A stretch of 64,000 bases of DNA. It comes from Narcine bancroftii. Lineage: Eukaryota. A model generated the notes under the pieces. It ran no database searches and was not told the origin of the DNA. It saw only the letters and a program-made list of their open reading frames with translations. This document shows positions 26,236 to 38,200 of the stretch, in pieces. Positions within the stretch are counted from its first letter, which is position 1. Each line of letters opens with the position of its first letter. Both the position numbers and the translations under genes were made by a program. The DNA lies in contig NC_091472.1 in assembly GCF_036971445.1 (NCBI RefSeq), forward strand, positions 27,838,001-27,902,000. The letters run 5' to 3'.

Positions 26236-27077
26236 TCTGAATATGCTAAGCAATTTTCAGTTGACATTACAAATGCTACCCTGCAACATAAAATGATCCA
26301 ATCATTTTGAATTTCTGGAACTTCAGTCTACTCCCCATTGCCACATCCATTAGAATTTTATAATTTGCGGTGGTGAAATGATATCATAATTAATGAAAGT
26401 CGTGGATGCCTTTCGTAAACAACATTTCTCTGCTCATAATTTTAATGTAAATCATTCAGTGTGACTACATGAAAGGAATTTGTCATTAAGATTACTGGAA
26501 AGGCTCCTAAAATGTGAAATAATGAATTCCTGACAGAGATACCTCGAATATCCAGCTTTTGAGCTGGTAGAAGGCAGGAAGTTAGTGCCTAATTATGTAG
26601 AACACAGGGAGGCATCTGGAAACTCAAATTATCTGCTGAAGATGAAAGCATTTCTTTCTTGATTCTTTTTCTTTGCATGTAGCAAGGTCATTTCAATTAT
26701 GCGTGGGTGTTCACGTTGGAATTGATTGTAATGCAAAAGAATCTGAATAAATAATGAGAAATCAAAGTTAGCAAATTTTGCACAATGAATTCCAATAAAT
26801 TTACATCATGGTAACAGACTGTTGGACAGAACTAATTTTTTGTTGTATCTCTCTTAAGAGCATTGTCTTGGTTCAGTGCATTAAAAATTCATATCTCCCT
26901 TTTGGGTAGTTACCGACCCGAATAATTCTTCAATGATCTTTAATTCACTCGCTAACCCGAGAAATAAATGAAAGGTCCTCTCCATTCCCAGTCTTAAATC
27001 TTTTACATTTGACTATATTTCTTTTGGTGCCATTTTTAAAAATTCCTCAATCATTGTAAGAATGTCTTACCACCCGA

Positions 27078-27860
27078 GGTGCAGAACTAACAGGGTCGCT
27101 CTAATGGGAGACTTCAACTTCCCAAATATTGTCTGGCACCTCCTGACTGCAAGAGGGCAGAATTTGTCAGGTGTGTCCAAGAAGGATTCCTATGTGGACC
27201 AACCGATGAGAGGAAAGGCCATACTGGATCTAGTACTGGGTAATGATCTCTTGGTGTGGAAGCATTTCCATAATAGTGACTACAACTCTCTGACCTTTGG
27301 TGTAGCTATGGGCAAGGATAGGAGGAGACAAAATGGTTGGCCGGACAGGTTGATAGGGTAGTTAAGAAGGCCTTCATTAGTCGGAGGATGGAGTTCAAGA
27401 GTCGAGAAGCAATGTTGCAGCTCTATAAAACTCTTAGGTTAGACCACACTTGGAATATTATATTCAGTTCTCGTCGCCACAGGTAGGACGTGGACACTAT
27501 GGAGAAGGTGCAGAGGAGATTTACTAGGATATTACCAGCATCTTTATTTCTGGGGGGAGACTAGCAAATACCAGAGGACATTAGTACAAGGTGACGGGAG
27601 GAAATTTTAGGGGAGATATCAGGGGTACATTTTTTACAAAAAGAGTGATGAGTGTCTAAATGAATTGCCATGCGTGTTGGTACAATAGGAACATTTAAGA
27701 GACTCTTAGTCAGGCACATGCATACAAGAAAAATAGAGGGTTATGGGTCTAAGGTAGGAACATTTAGTTTGTTGAGTAGGTTTATATAAGTCGGTACACC
27801 ATGCATAACTCAGGAACAGAAATAGGCCAAAGTGCCTCCTGTACTGTGCTGTAAAGTTGT
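27078..27860 (+). mobile_element. CR1 fragments (endonuclease end joined to 3' region by internal deletions)
   Basis: MGDFNFPNI.W...AILDLVLGN...SDYNSLTF, followed by CR1 3' sequence. Confidence 0.85.
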
Positions 27861-28287
27861 ATGTTTGATTTTGCCTTATCCTTCAATAGTTTTAAGATTT
27901 TATATCAAATTTAGGTCATCCACATCAATCTTGGCTCACCAAAGTCTCTTGAAGCTAAACCCTCAAAGTCCCACTCACATGCCTACCACTCTAACAATGA
28001 CCACTCCACAGTGGCCACTTCAGTTAAGACGCTTTTTCCTTCTGTGGGTTCTAGATCAACTCACTTTCTTTATATCTTTTGCCTCCACCACCAATCATAA
28101 CTCTTGATGGCTAAAATGAACCACACGACTCTGTACACTACTCTCTGCCAGATGACCCTGTAATGGAGAACGTCATGGAGGAAATATGGTAACAAGGACT
28201 ACTCTTCAATGACCAAGTGTCCGAATCCCATTGTATTTACTTCTTGCTCAACATGACTCCTCTAGGTGCTTTTATTTTTATTTTTTG

Positions 28288-28896
28288 ACAATACAGTAGG
28301 GTATACGGTCCTTCAGGCCCATAAAACCCATGCTGCTCAATTTCACCCAATTGTCTTATCAACTTCATACAGTTCGGAGGGTGGGAGGAAACTGGAACAT
28401 CCGGAGCAAAACCATGCAGACATGGGGAGAATGGACCAACGCCTTTTAGATGATGCTGTATGGGAGCCAGGGTCGCTGGCAATGTAATAGCAACACACTA
28501 ACTGCCACGCCAGGGGTGACCAAACTATGGCTTGCGGGATTGGCTGTGTCCTATTGACCCTTTTTTTAAGTGGCCCTTTAGAACATAATCGCTTACAATA
28601 AATTGCATTGTGTGTACATTGCACTTTTTAGCTTCAACATGAAATGCCGCTGCCATTGTGATTTTTAGTTTCAGCATTAGATGGCACGTCACAAATAAAT
28701 AAATGCACACCTGAATAAATAAATTGACACAAAAATAAATAAATAAATAGGCAGATAGGTAGAAAATATGCTGATTTTCTTGCAGTGTAACTGGTTGAAA
28801 ACTGTCAAGTTTTAGACTGTTTGCCCCATGACTCCTTATATTTTTCTTTATGTGGCCCACAGCCAAAAGCCCTGTGCTACACTAACCATGCTGCCC
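28288..28896 (-). mobile_element. V-SINE split by a hAT MITE
   Basis: SINE body at 28288-28510 and head (ctaaccatgctgccc) after 28875. Confidence 0.75.
28511..28874. mobile_element. hAT-type MITE
   Basis: Ends CAGGG.../...CCCTG; 8-bp TSD TGCCACGC/TGCTACAC with 2 mismatches. Confidence 0.7.
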
Positions 28897-29152
28897 ATTT
28901 TACTTCACTGTAAAATGCTTCTAAATCTTCATTGCTTCATCCTCATCTGCTGCAGCAGTAGTTGATGGGCGTGACCTGCTGCTCACTGGGGATATGGAAG
29001 GTTCATTGCTGCTGGAAACAGGGGGAAAAATTAATTTGTTTAGCATCGTCAAGTTCAATAGTGGGGGAATGATAAAACTCATCTGGACAACTCACCCTGA
29101 AAATTACTTTTTTTGAAAGTCAGCTTTGAATCAAAGGACTATGGTGGAACAC

Positions 29153-29374
29153 AGTAGTGCGGGTGTGACCTCACTACACTGTACAGGCTGGCCTGCCTCC
29201 GACCTGTAACTCCTCCTCATAGATTCCCAATAAGGACTGATAGCCCTGGTCTCCTCCCTCCATAGTAGCCTTGGATCAGGGCCAGCAGCATGTAGAGACA
29301 TGGCTGTTGTTTATGGATATGAAAGCCTTTAATCACTCGCTTCATGTCTGCTTGTGGTTATTGATTACACTACA
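29153..29374 (+). mobile_element. Probable solo LTR
   Basis: Terminal (a)GTAGTG...CACTACA inverted repeat; about 220 bp with LTR-like composition. Confidence 0.55.
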
Positions 29375-29477
29375 ATGACCCACTGCATTTTCTATCAGAC
29401 CAGAGAAGTCAGTTGTTTGCTTTAAGTAAATCTTCCAGTAAATTACTTCACTGTCAGAATTGACAATGACTCTAAAC

Positions 29478-29853
29478 CAGTGGTTCTCAACTGTTTTCTT
29501 TCCACTCACATACAACTTTAAGTATTCTCTATGCCATAGGTTCTCTGTGATTAGAAAGGGATTGCTTAAAGTGGCATATGAGTAGAAAGAAAAAGTTTGA
29601 AAACCACTGTTTTAATTGTACCTAATTGACTCATTATGTGCATGGTTTCATAACTCCAAAAGAAATGGTCCAATGACTATTTTTTTCAAGCAAAGTATTT
29701 CAGTAACAATTGGGTCGAGAGCAGTGATTCTCAACCTTCTCTTCCCACTCACATACCACCTTAAGCAATCCCTTACTAATCACGGAGCACCGATAGCATA
29801 GGGATGACTTCAAGTGGTATGCGAGTGGTTAAAAAAAGGGTTGAGAACCACTG
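29478..29853. mobile_element. hAT (Charlie-like) MITE made of two palindromic modules
   Basis: TIRs CAGTGGTTCTCAAC / GTTGAGAACCACTG; TSD CTCTAAAC/CTCTATAT. Confidence 0.88.
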
Positions 29854-30282
29854 CTCTATATAAAGGGGCCTGCTAACGCTTAAATGTTGTCTCTTGAGCT
29901 CATTTCAAATCCAAATGAAAGCACATTTTTCTGTTGATAGCTTAATGATTCATGACTGCAAAATTGTCCAAAACCATCCAGTGCAGACAATAATTAAAAA
30001 CTGACATTCATTAATAGTGCTTTGAATCAATAAAATGGTGTGAAGACTTCTTACAATGGCTTCTTGCAATTAGATTCCTAGAGCTATACATCATGGATAT
30101 GGGCCCTTTGGCACAACTTCTCTATGACACCCAACTTGCCTGTGTGAACGATGTCTGCCCTTGACTGATATTCCTTTAACTTTTTCCTATCCTTGCAGCT
30201 GTTCAAATGTAGTAAATGTCATAATTGTATTTACTTCTACGGCAGAAGTAAGGAGCAGGGACGTCATGTTGCAATTGTACAA

Positions 30283-31020
30283 GTCAAGACAAATCAAGTT
30301 TATTGTCATCTGTTTGCACAAGTGCATCCTGACAAAACAGCTTTCTCCTGTCCTCAGTGCAAAAAACACAGAAACACAACAGACATAACGCAGATACGGA
30401 CAAACAATACACATGCAGGACAAGTATTCATATATATGCAAATACATAAATAAATATTGTCTCTGATGGTTAGTGTGAGCAGTTCCTTTAGTCATTCAGC
30501 AGACTCACTGCCTGTGAGAGGAAGTGTTTCTCAGCCTGGTGGTTCTGGCTCTGATACTCCTGTATCTCTTTCTTGATGGGAGCAGCTGAAAGATACTGTG
30601 AATGGGGCAGAAAGGGTCCTCATGATCCTAATAGATCATGTTGATGGGGGTGGGGGGGGGGGTGCGATGAGGGAGGGAGCGTCCAGTGATTCTCTCTGCC
30701 ATTCTTATGATCCTATGGATAGACTTTCAATCCATTTCTCCACAGCAACCGTACCATACTGTGATGTAACCATCCAGGACACTCTTGATAGAGATCCTAT
30801 AGAAGGTTGGCCTAATGCTGCCCAGAGCCTTGGCCACTTCAGTCTTCTCTGGAAGTGCAGACACTGTTGCACCTTCTGACAAGTGAGGAGATATTGTGTG
30901 TCCACAGAGGTCACTAGTTAAATGAACTCCAGGGAATTTAGTACTCCTCACTCTCTCCATTACAGAGTTGTTGATGAGTAAGGGAGAGTGGTCATTTCTT
31001 GCCTTCCTGAAATGCACAAA
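30283..31020 (-). mobile_element. Rex1/Babar-type LINE 3' fragment, flanked by CR1 pieces (about 30070-30282 and 31021-31670)
   Basis: HFRKARNDHSPLLINNSVMERV...KFPGVHL; FYRISIKSVLDGYITVWYG. Confidence 0.85.
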
Positions 31021-32142
31021 TTATATCGTTAAGCTGGAAAGGGTGCAGAGAAGATGCTTGAGAATCATGACCAGGCTTGCTTGGCTTAAATTATAAAGAG
31101 AAATAGGAAAGGCTGGGATTTGTTGCCCTTGAAAAGTCGGAGGCTAAGGGATTCTTTATAGATGTTTATAAAACCATGAAGGGCATGGAGTAGGTATATA
31201 GTCACAGTCCTTTCCCCAGGGTCAGGGAAGCTAAAATTACACACTATAGATTTAAGATGAGAGGCAAAAAATTTCAGAGGGACCTAGTGGGCACGATCTT
31301 CATACAGGGGGTGGAGGGTATATGGAACTAGCTGCCAGAGGGAGCAGTAGAGGTGAAGATAATCATAATCTTCAGTAGACAGATACATGGATAGGAAAGG
31401 TTTAAAGGATATGGGCTGAATGCAGGCAGATCAGCTTGATTGGCATGAACAATTTGGGCTGTGATGCCTAATTCCACGTTGACTGAATTCTACTGGTCTC
31501 TTGGTCCAACCATTCAGCACATTTCCTTTAAATATTTCTCCTACAACTTGAACCTATGCCCTCTGATGTTGGACTCTCCTGGGGAACCTTATCCATTTAT
31601 TATGATTTTATATACTTCTGAAAGGTAACCATTGTGCTCCAGGGAAAATGTTGCCTTATAACTCAAGCCCTCATATTACCTAAAGAGTTTCCATTAAATT
31701 TATTCATAGTACCCTTTGACAATGAAAATATCATCTCTAACTAAATGTAACATTTTTAAAAATTTGTCTCATAAATTCCTGAATTTACTATCAATAAAAC
31801 TTGAAAATGATTATTATTCCTTAGTTTTGATAAGGACTACTGTTTTATACCTGTTGCCTTGTTTTAAATGTAGAGTGTGCATTCTCATTTGGACCAGAGA
31901 ACTGCAGTTAACGCATCAGCAGATGCTCTGCTTCAGACAGACCAGCTGCTATTTCTTAATGGACCTATTCTAGAAGTAGTCTTTTGGCTTCTGTAGACCA
32001 TTTAGATGCCCACGGACCGAGACGTGTCTGGCAGCATTTGAAGTCGTCTTTGTTAAGTGAGGTAAGTGCCAATGGCTGCACATGCCCTAAGTAGCTATGA
32101 AACAAAAAACAGATGGATATTTATGAATCACCCTTACTGATT

Positions 32143-32701
32143 AGAACATACAATATAGAACACTAGAGTACAGTACAGGCCCTTTGGCCCTCGATGTTGT
32201 GCCGACCTATCTATTCCTATAGAAAAAAAATGAAACCCTCCCTACCTTGTAACCTTCTATCTTTCTTTCATCCATGTGCCTGCCTAAGAATCTCTTAAAT
32301 GCCCCTAATATTTCAGCTTCCATCATCACTCCTGGCAAGGCATTTCAGGCACCATTAACTCTCTGTGTAAAAAAAAACATACCGCTGATGTCTCCTCTAA
32401 ACTTTCCTCCCTTCACTTTGTACAGATGTCCTCTGGTGTTTGCTACTCATGCCCTGGCTGTCTTCCCTTATTTGTGCCTCTCAGAATCTTGTAGACCTCT
32501 ATTAAGTCTCCACTCATCCTTCTTTGCTCCAAAGAGAAAACTTCTATCTCTGCTAACCTTACCTCATAAGACATATTTTCCAATCCAGGCAACATTCTGG
32601 TAAATCTCCTGTGCTCCCCTCTACGTAGCTTTTACATCCTTCCTACAATGAGGCAACCAGAACTGAACGTAATATTCTAAGTGTGGCCTCAACAGAGATT
32701 T
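32143..32701 (-). mobile_element. CR1 3' fragment
   Basis: Closely similar to 11172-11660. Confidence 0.88.
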
Positions 32702-32731
32702 TTAGGTTAGATTGAGATGAATAATCCTATA

Positions 32732-34645
32732 GTGACTGATGGCAATAACCCAGTCTGTAAAGGGTTTGCAGGCAGAGGATGCCACAGGTACTTTGCAGTT
32801 ACTGATGGCAATAACCCAGTCTGTAAAGGGTTTGCAGGCAGAGGATGCCACAGGTGCTTTGCAGTTACTGATGGCAATAACCCAGTCTGTAAAGGGTTTG
32901 CAGGCAGAGGATGCCACAGGTGCTTTGCAGTTACTGATGGCAATAACCCAGTCTGTAAAGGGTTTGCAGGCAGAGGATGCCACAGGTGCTTTGCAGTTAC
33001 TGATGGCAATAACCCAGTCTGTAAAGGGTTTGCAGGCAGAGGATGCCACAGGTGCTTTGCAGTTACTGATGGCAATAACCCAGTCTGTAAAGGGTTTGCA
33101 GGCAGAGGATGCCACAGGTGCTTTGCAGTTACTGATGGCAATAACCCAGTCTGTAAAGGGTTTGCAGGCAGAGGATGCCACAGGTGCTTTGCAGTTACTG
33201 ATGGCAATAACCCAGTCTGTAAAGGGTTTGCAGGCAGAGGATGCCACAGGTGCTTTGCAGTTACTGATGGCAATAACCCAGTCTGTAAAGGGTTTGCAGG
33301 CAGAGGATGCCACAGGTGCTTTGCAGTTACTGATGGCAATAACCCAGTCTGTAAAGGGTTTGCAGGCAGAGGATGCCACAGGTGCTTTGCAGTTACTGAT
33401 GGCAATAACCCAGTCTGTAAAGGGTTTGCAGGCAGAGGATGCCACAGGTGCTTTGCAGTTACTGATGGCAATAACCCAGTCTGTAAAGGGTTTGCAGGCA
33501 GAGGATGCCACAGGTGCTTTGCAGTTACTGATGGCAATAACCCAGTCTGTAAAGGGTTTGCAGGCAGAGGATGCCACAGGTGCTTTGCAGTTACTGATGG
33601 CAATAACCCAGTCTGTAAAGGGTTTGCAGGCAGAGGATGCCACAGGTGCTTTGCAGTTACTGATGGCAATAACCCAGTCTGTAAAGGGTTTGCAGGCAGA
33701 GGATGCCACAGGTGCTTTGCAGTTACTGATGGCAATAACCCAGTCTGTAAAGGGTTTGCAGGCAGAGGATGCCACAGGTGCTTTGCAGTTACTGATGGCA
33801 ATAACCCAGTCTGTAAAGGGTTTGCAGGCAGAGGATGCCACAGGTGCTTTGCAGTTACTGATGGCAATAACCCAGTCTGTAAAGGGTTTGCAGGCAGAGG
33901 ATGCCACAGGTGCTTTGCAGTTACTGATGGCAATAACCCAGTCTGTAAAGGGTTTGCAGGCAGAGGATGCCACAGGTGCTTTGCAGTTACTGATGGCAAT
34001 AACCCAGTCTGTAAAGGGTTTGCAGGCAGAGGATGCCACAGGTGCTTTGCAGTTACTGATGGCAATAACCCAGTCTGTAAAGGGTTTGCAGGCAGAGGAT
34101 GCCACAGGTGCTTTGCAGTTACTGATGGCAATAACCCAGTCTGTAAAGGGTTTGCAGGCAGAGGATGCCACAGGTGCTTTGCAGTTACTGATGGCAATAA
34201 CCCAGTCTGTAAAGGGTTTGCAGGCAGAGGATGCCACAGGTGCTTTGCAGTTACTGATGGCAATAACCCAGTCTGTAAAGGGTTTGCAGGCAGAGGATGC
34301 CACAGGTGCTTTGCAGTTACTGATGGCAATAACCCAGTCTGTAAAGGGTTTGCAGGCAGAGGATGCCACAGGTGCTTTGCAGTTACTGATGGCAATAACC
34401 CAGTCTGTAAAGGGTTTGCAGGCAGAGGATGCCACAGGTGCTTTGCAGTTACTGATGGCAATAACCCAGTCTGTAAAGGGTTTGTAGGTAGAGGATGCCA
34501 CAGGTGCTTTGCAGTTACTGATGGCAATAACCCAGTCTGTAAAGGGTTTGTAGGTAGAGGATGCCACAGATGCTTTGCAGTTACTGATGGCAATAACCCA
34601 GTCTGTAAAGGGTTTGTAGGTAGAGGATGCCACAGGTGCTTTGCA
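32732..34645. repeat. 66-bp tandem array, 29 copies
   Basis: Unit GTTACTGATGGCAATAACCCAGTCTGTAAAGGGTTTGCAGGCAGAGGATGCCACAGGTGCTTTGCA; 1914/66 = 29. No spacers. Confidence 0.99.
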
Positions 34646-34704
34646 GTTAGAAAGGGATTACTGAAAGTGATATGTGAGTGAAAAAAAAAGATTGAGAGCC
34701 ACTG
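34626..34704. mobile_element. Half of the hAT-MITE palindromic module
   Basis: atgccacaggtgctttgcagttagaaagggatt...gattgagagccactg matches about 29531-29608. Confidence 0.75.
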
Positions 34705-34949
34705 TAATAACCCAAAAAATTGATTGTCTATGTATTTTTGCTCGCACAGAAATGAGGAATCAAAGACGAGATGTATTTTATTGTGCTAGCAGAATTTTGC
34801 TTTCAAGGACGATAGAGTTTGCTGTATGTTGGACTGAAAATACTATTCAAAAAATTGATTTTTCCACCTTGATGAATAGACACTGGAAGGGAATTATAAT
34901 TCAAGCCACAAGCAAATCAGCTCACCTTCTAGTTATGGTATCAGTAACA

Positions 34950-35552
34950 TGTAATAGTGCTGCCCTAACTGCACTGCTGCCATTGATGCAGACCCACGAA
35001 AGAGAACAGAGACACAGTGCCCGGTCCTAATGCCAGTGGCTCCATACAGGCGTTGAACAGCCTGTTAGATGAGTTGACAGTGTTTGTAAGTAAAATCCTG
35101 CTACTGTGAAGATCTGCGCCCAGGATGGTGTCGTCTGTGCCCAGCAGCAGCCACAAGGAGTTGCAAAGTCTGGGGGCAACAGCGGATGGACGCAGGGCAC
35201 CAGAAATGGTGAGAATGTAGTGGCCTGCGGCCCACTCAACGGGCTGACGTGGGAAATGCCATCGAATGCGGCAATCGAGCAAGCAGCACACGGGGATGGG
35301 AGACCTGCTCCCATAGGCCACGATAATAGTGGCTGAATCAGTGGATCGCAGGGGGTCTAGTCCGGGCCTGTGTATCTGAGGCGGCCAATCAGTAGCCAGC
35401 TCCATTCAAGCCACACCCCGGAAGTGACGTGGCTGGCTGCCTATAAAAGGCAGAACTACATCTCAAGAAACTCAGTGTTGACTACACTCCCTTTGTGTGA
35501 GAGTCTTCGTTCTCATTATAATCTTGAGTTATAACCATAGTGACCAACTACA
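34950..35552 (+). mobile_element. Probable solo LTR
   Basis: TGTA...TACA termini, GC/CpG-rich U3-like region, CCAAT and TATAAAA. No clean TSD seen. Confidence 0.65.
35385..35448 (+). promoter_or_regulatory. LTR core promoter motifs: CCAAT, ETS/CRE composite, TATA
   Basis: CCAAT at 35385, CCGGAAGTGACGT at 35418-35430, TATAAAA at 35442. Confidence 0.55.
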
Positions 35553-36099
35553 AGAACATCCTCCCATATAGAAGGAGAAGCAGAGGAGTCGACTCTACAT
35601 AGGAGGTGACCACAGCAGAAAACCAGCAAGGGGCTCAGTGGCTGAGGGACCCACACAGGCTGCAGGAGATTGGGTCATGGGATTCGAGACAGTGGTGAGG
35701 CTAAGAAGGGTTTCCAAAGAGGCTTGGGTGCTGAAGGTTCTTGATTGTGCTGGAGGTTAGCACCTAGAGTTCTGGCTGCCAATGGATTGAACAGGAGTCC
35801 GTGCGGCTTCCGAGGCTGCGGGAGGGCTAGAGACAAATCCAAGGACACTCAGTGACTCTGAGGGCACTGTCTTTTTCTTCTGTTTCCCTCTTACTGTAAG
35901 GGCTGGCAGGTCACACGAATGGCGTTTCTGTCCCCTGTACATCAAGCAGAAGGCATTTTCATGGAATATTTCATGTTCTGTACTATTATAGGATAATAAA
36001 TGAAGCTTTAACATTTATAATTTAAAATATTGTATGCAGTTGATATTTGTTCTCTTTTTATCTAGCAGGAGTCTTGGCACTGTGTTTAATTTTTAAAAA

Positions 36100-36314
36100 A
36101 TTAGACATTCAGCACAGTTACAGGCCATTTTGACCCAAGAGTCCATGCTGCCCAATTTTCACCCAATTAACTTACAACCCCCGGTACGTTTTGAACAGTG
36201 GGAGGAAACTGGAGCCCCCGGGGAAAACCCATGTAGACACAGGATTTGAACCCCAGTCCCAATTACTGGTGCTGTAAAGGCGCTGCACTAACCGCTAAGC
36301 CAACCATGCTGCCC
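36100..36314 (-). mobile_element. V-SINE (HE1-like), internally deleted
   Basis: Homologous to 10408-10632. Confidence 0.8.
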
Positions 36315-37779
36315 TGGTGTTGGGAGGCTTAGGGGGTTTGTCCCATGTCTCTGATTTGATCTTATGACGATGCCTCCCTGTGATTGCAGAAATAGTGAAC
36401 ACCATCTGTGCACTCAAAGAGGAAACTTGGGGGTCCCTTTTCATGTATTAATAAATTATAGCCAGCAACTTGATTTTTTTCATTGAATCAAGCAATCTGG
36501 AAGGACATTTGGACCATTATGTTGGCTCTATTCATTCCATTAGACTCCTTGCATACTCCTTGCATATAATCAATTCCCTTTCATTCCTTCAGAATTCGTC
36601 TCACCTCAAATTAAGGTCTTCACTTGTAATGCTTTGATCAGCCTTTCAACCCTAGTATGAAATTCAATCACATTCTCTTTGAGAGAATGCCCCTTGCAGC
36701 CAGTTTTCTAATCAATGGCTATTTATTACTCATTACGGCACCTAGTGTGGTCCTTCCCCTTCTGCTCCTGCTCCAGAGCATCATTTTAATGTCATGGTGA
36801 CCAAACAAAATGTTATAAAGGTTAATTATAAAACGAGAAGTAATCACGTCAAGGTTTATGGCACTAATCAGTAGTGGATATCATATAGCAGGTCTGTTAT
36901 GACAGAGCACAAACAATTTCCTATTTAGGAGCAGCAAGAGCATTTTTTACCCCAAGCTACAGCTTGGAGAAAATCAGGAGGAGATTACCAGGGATTTGCA
37001 ATGTCTCTTTTCTACAAACTAATAAAGACGGAAGGCTACTTAGCTTGCAATCACCTCAACAGAATGAAATCCTTCCAAACCAGATCACAAAGACTTCTTG
37101 ACCACTCAAAACATAAATTCACAATTCCAAATAAGGGATGTAAAGAAAAATAATATTTTTCAGATTACCTGAACCAAGCAAATTGAGGTATTTGCATTTT
37201 TAAGGGAAAAATTAAAAGAAAACATTTGTCCTAATGAAATATAATGACCTTTAAATTTGCAACCAGAATTCACAATGTAAATATTTATTGTTTTGCTATA
37301 TAACAATGCAGTCTCCTCAAATCACGCGCTTAACCCAATTAAATTTTGGATTCTTTTTTGACATTAAATGATTAATGAATCAACCATGAAATAACTAAAG
37401 GAAATCATTTTCACATGACTAAGAATGTTTTCAAGACCCAAAAATATTTCCCTGAGAACTTTTATGTAGAAATTGTTGCCTTTCCCATTAATCTCGATTC
37501 TCTGTGAGCACAAATTTCCAGGCAAAAATTCATATTCATGCCACTAGACAGGTAGTATTGCTCGCCATGTAAGTGCCAAGGGGGGGGGGGGGGGTGAATA
37601 TGAGATATAAATGGAATCTAAACCCCAATTACATGCACAGAATTTATGCCAAAATTCATAAAATTGGATATAGAAAGAATCATGGTAGTGGATGGGAAAT
37701 TGAGGGATCAGCTGTGAAGAAGAGTTGCTTGTGGTTATATCTGACATCTCAGGTATTGAGGGGAAGTGGGATGCTGTTT

Positions 37780-38165
37780 TGTCGGGTTGTACTCTGGTTC
37801 TCCATGCAAAACCCGCAGACAGAAAACCAGACATAACATACATACAGTCAAACAATACACATGCAGGACAAGTATTCATATATACAAATAAATAAATAAA
37901 TAGATTTTGTTTTGTACATATGAGAGTCTCGGATGGTTAGTGTGAGCAGTTCTTTTGGTCATTCTGCATTCTCACTGCCCGTGGGAAGAGTCTGTTTCTC
38001 AGCCTGGTGCTTTTGGCTCTGATACTCCTGGATCTCTTTCCCAATGGGAGCAGTTGAAAGATGCTGTGTGCAGGGTGAAAGGAGTCCTCAATAATTTTGT
38101 GTGTCCTTTTCAGGCAACAATCCTGGTAGATCATGTCAATGGAGGGAGGGAGATTCCAGTTATCA
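37780..38165 (-). mobile_element. Rex1/Babar-type LINE 3' end
   Basis: LPPSID.IY..CCLKR.HKIIEDSFHPAHSIFQLLPLGKR.RSI.A..TRLRN.LFPRAVR. Confidence 0.9.
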
Positions 38166-38200
38166 ATATATAGCAACTGTGTCAATCAGCATGGAAGTGT

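Noticed and set aside
32702-34633. The 580-650 aa ORFs as bona fide genes
   Set aside because: Four overlapping frames are open only because the 66-bp unit lacks stops in them. There is no recognisable domain or synonymous divergence.
32732-34645. Possible CRISPR array
   Set aside because: The units are head-to-tail with no unique spacers, there are no cas genes, and the context is eukaryotic.
32732-34645. Tandem hammerhead (retrozyme-like) satellite, suggested by CTGATGG in each unit
   Set aside because: The core is CTGATGG rather than CTGANGA, and there is no GAAA box after a stem II.
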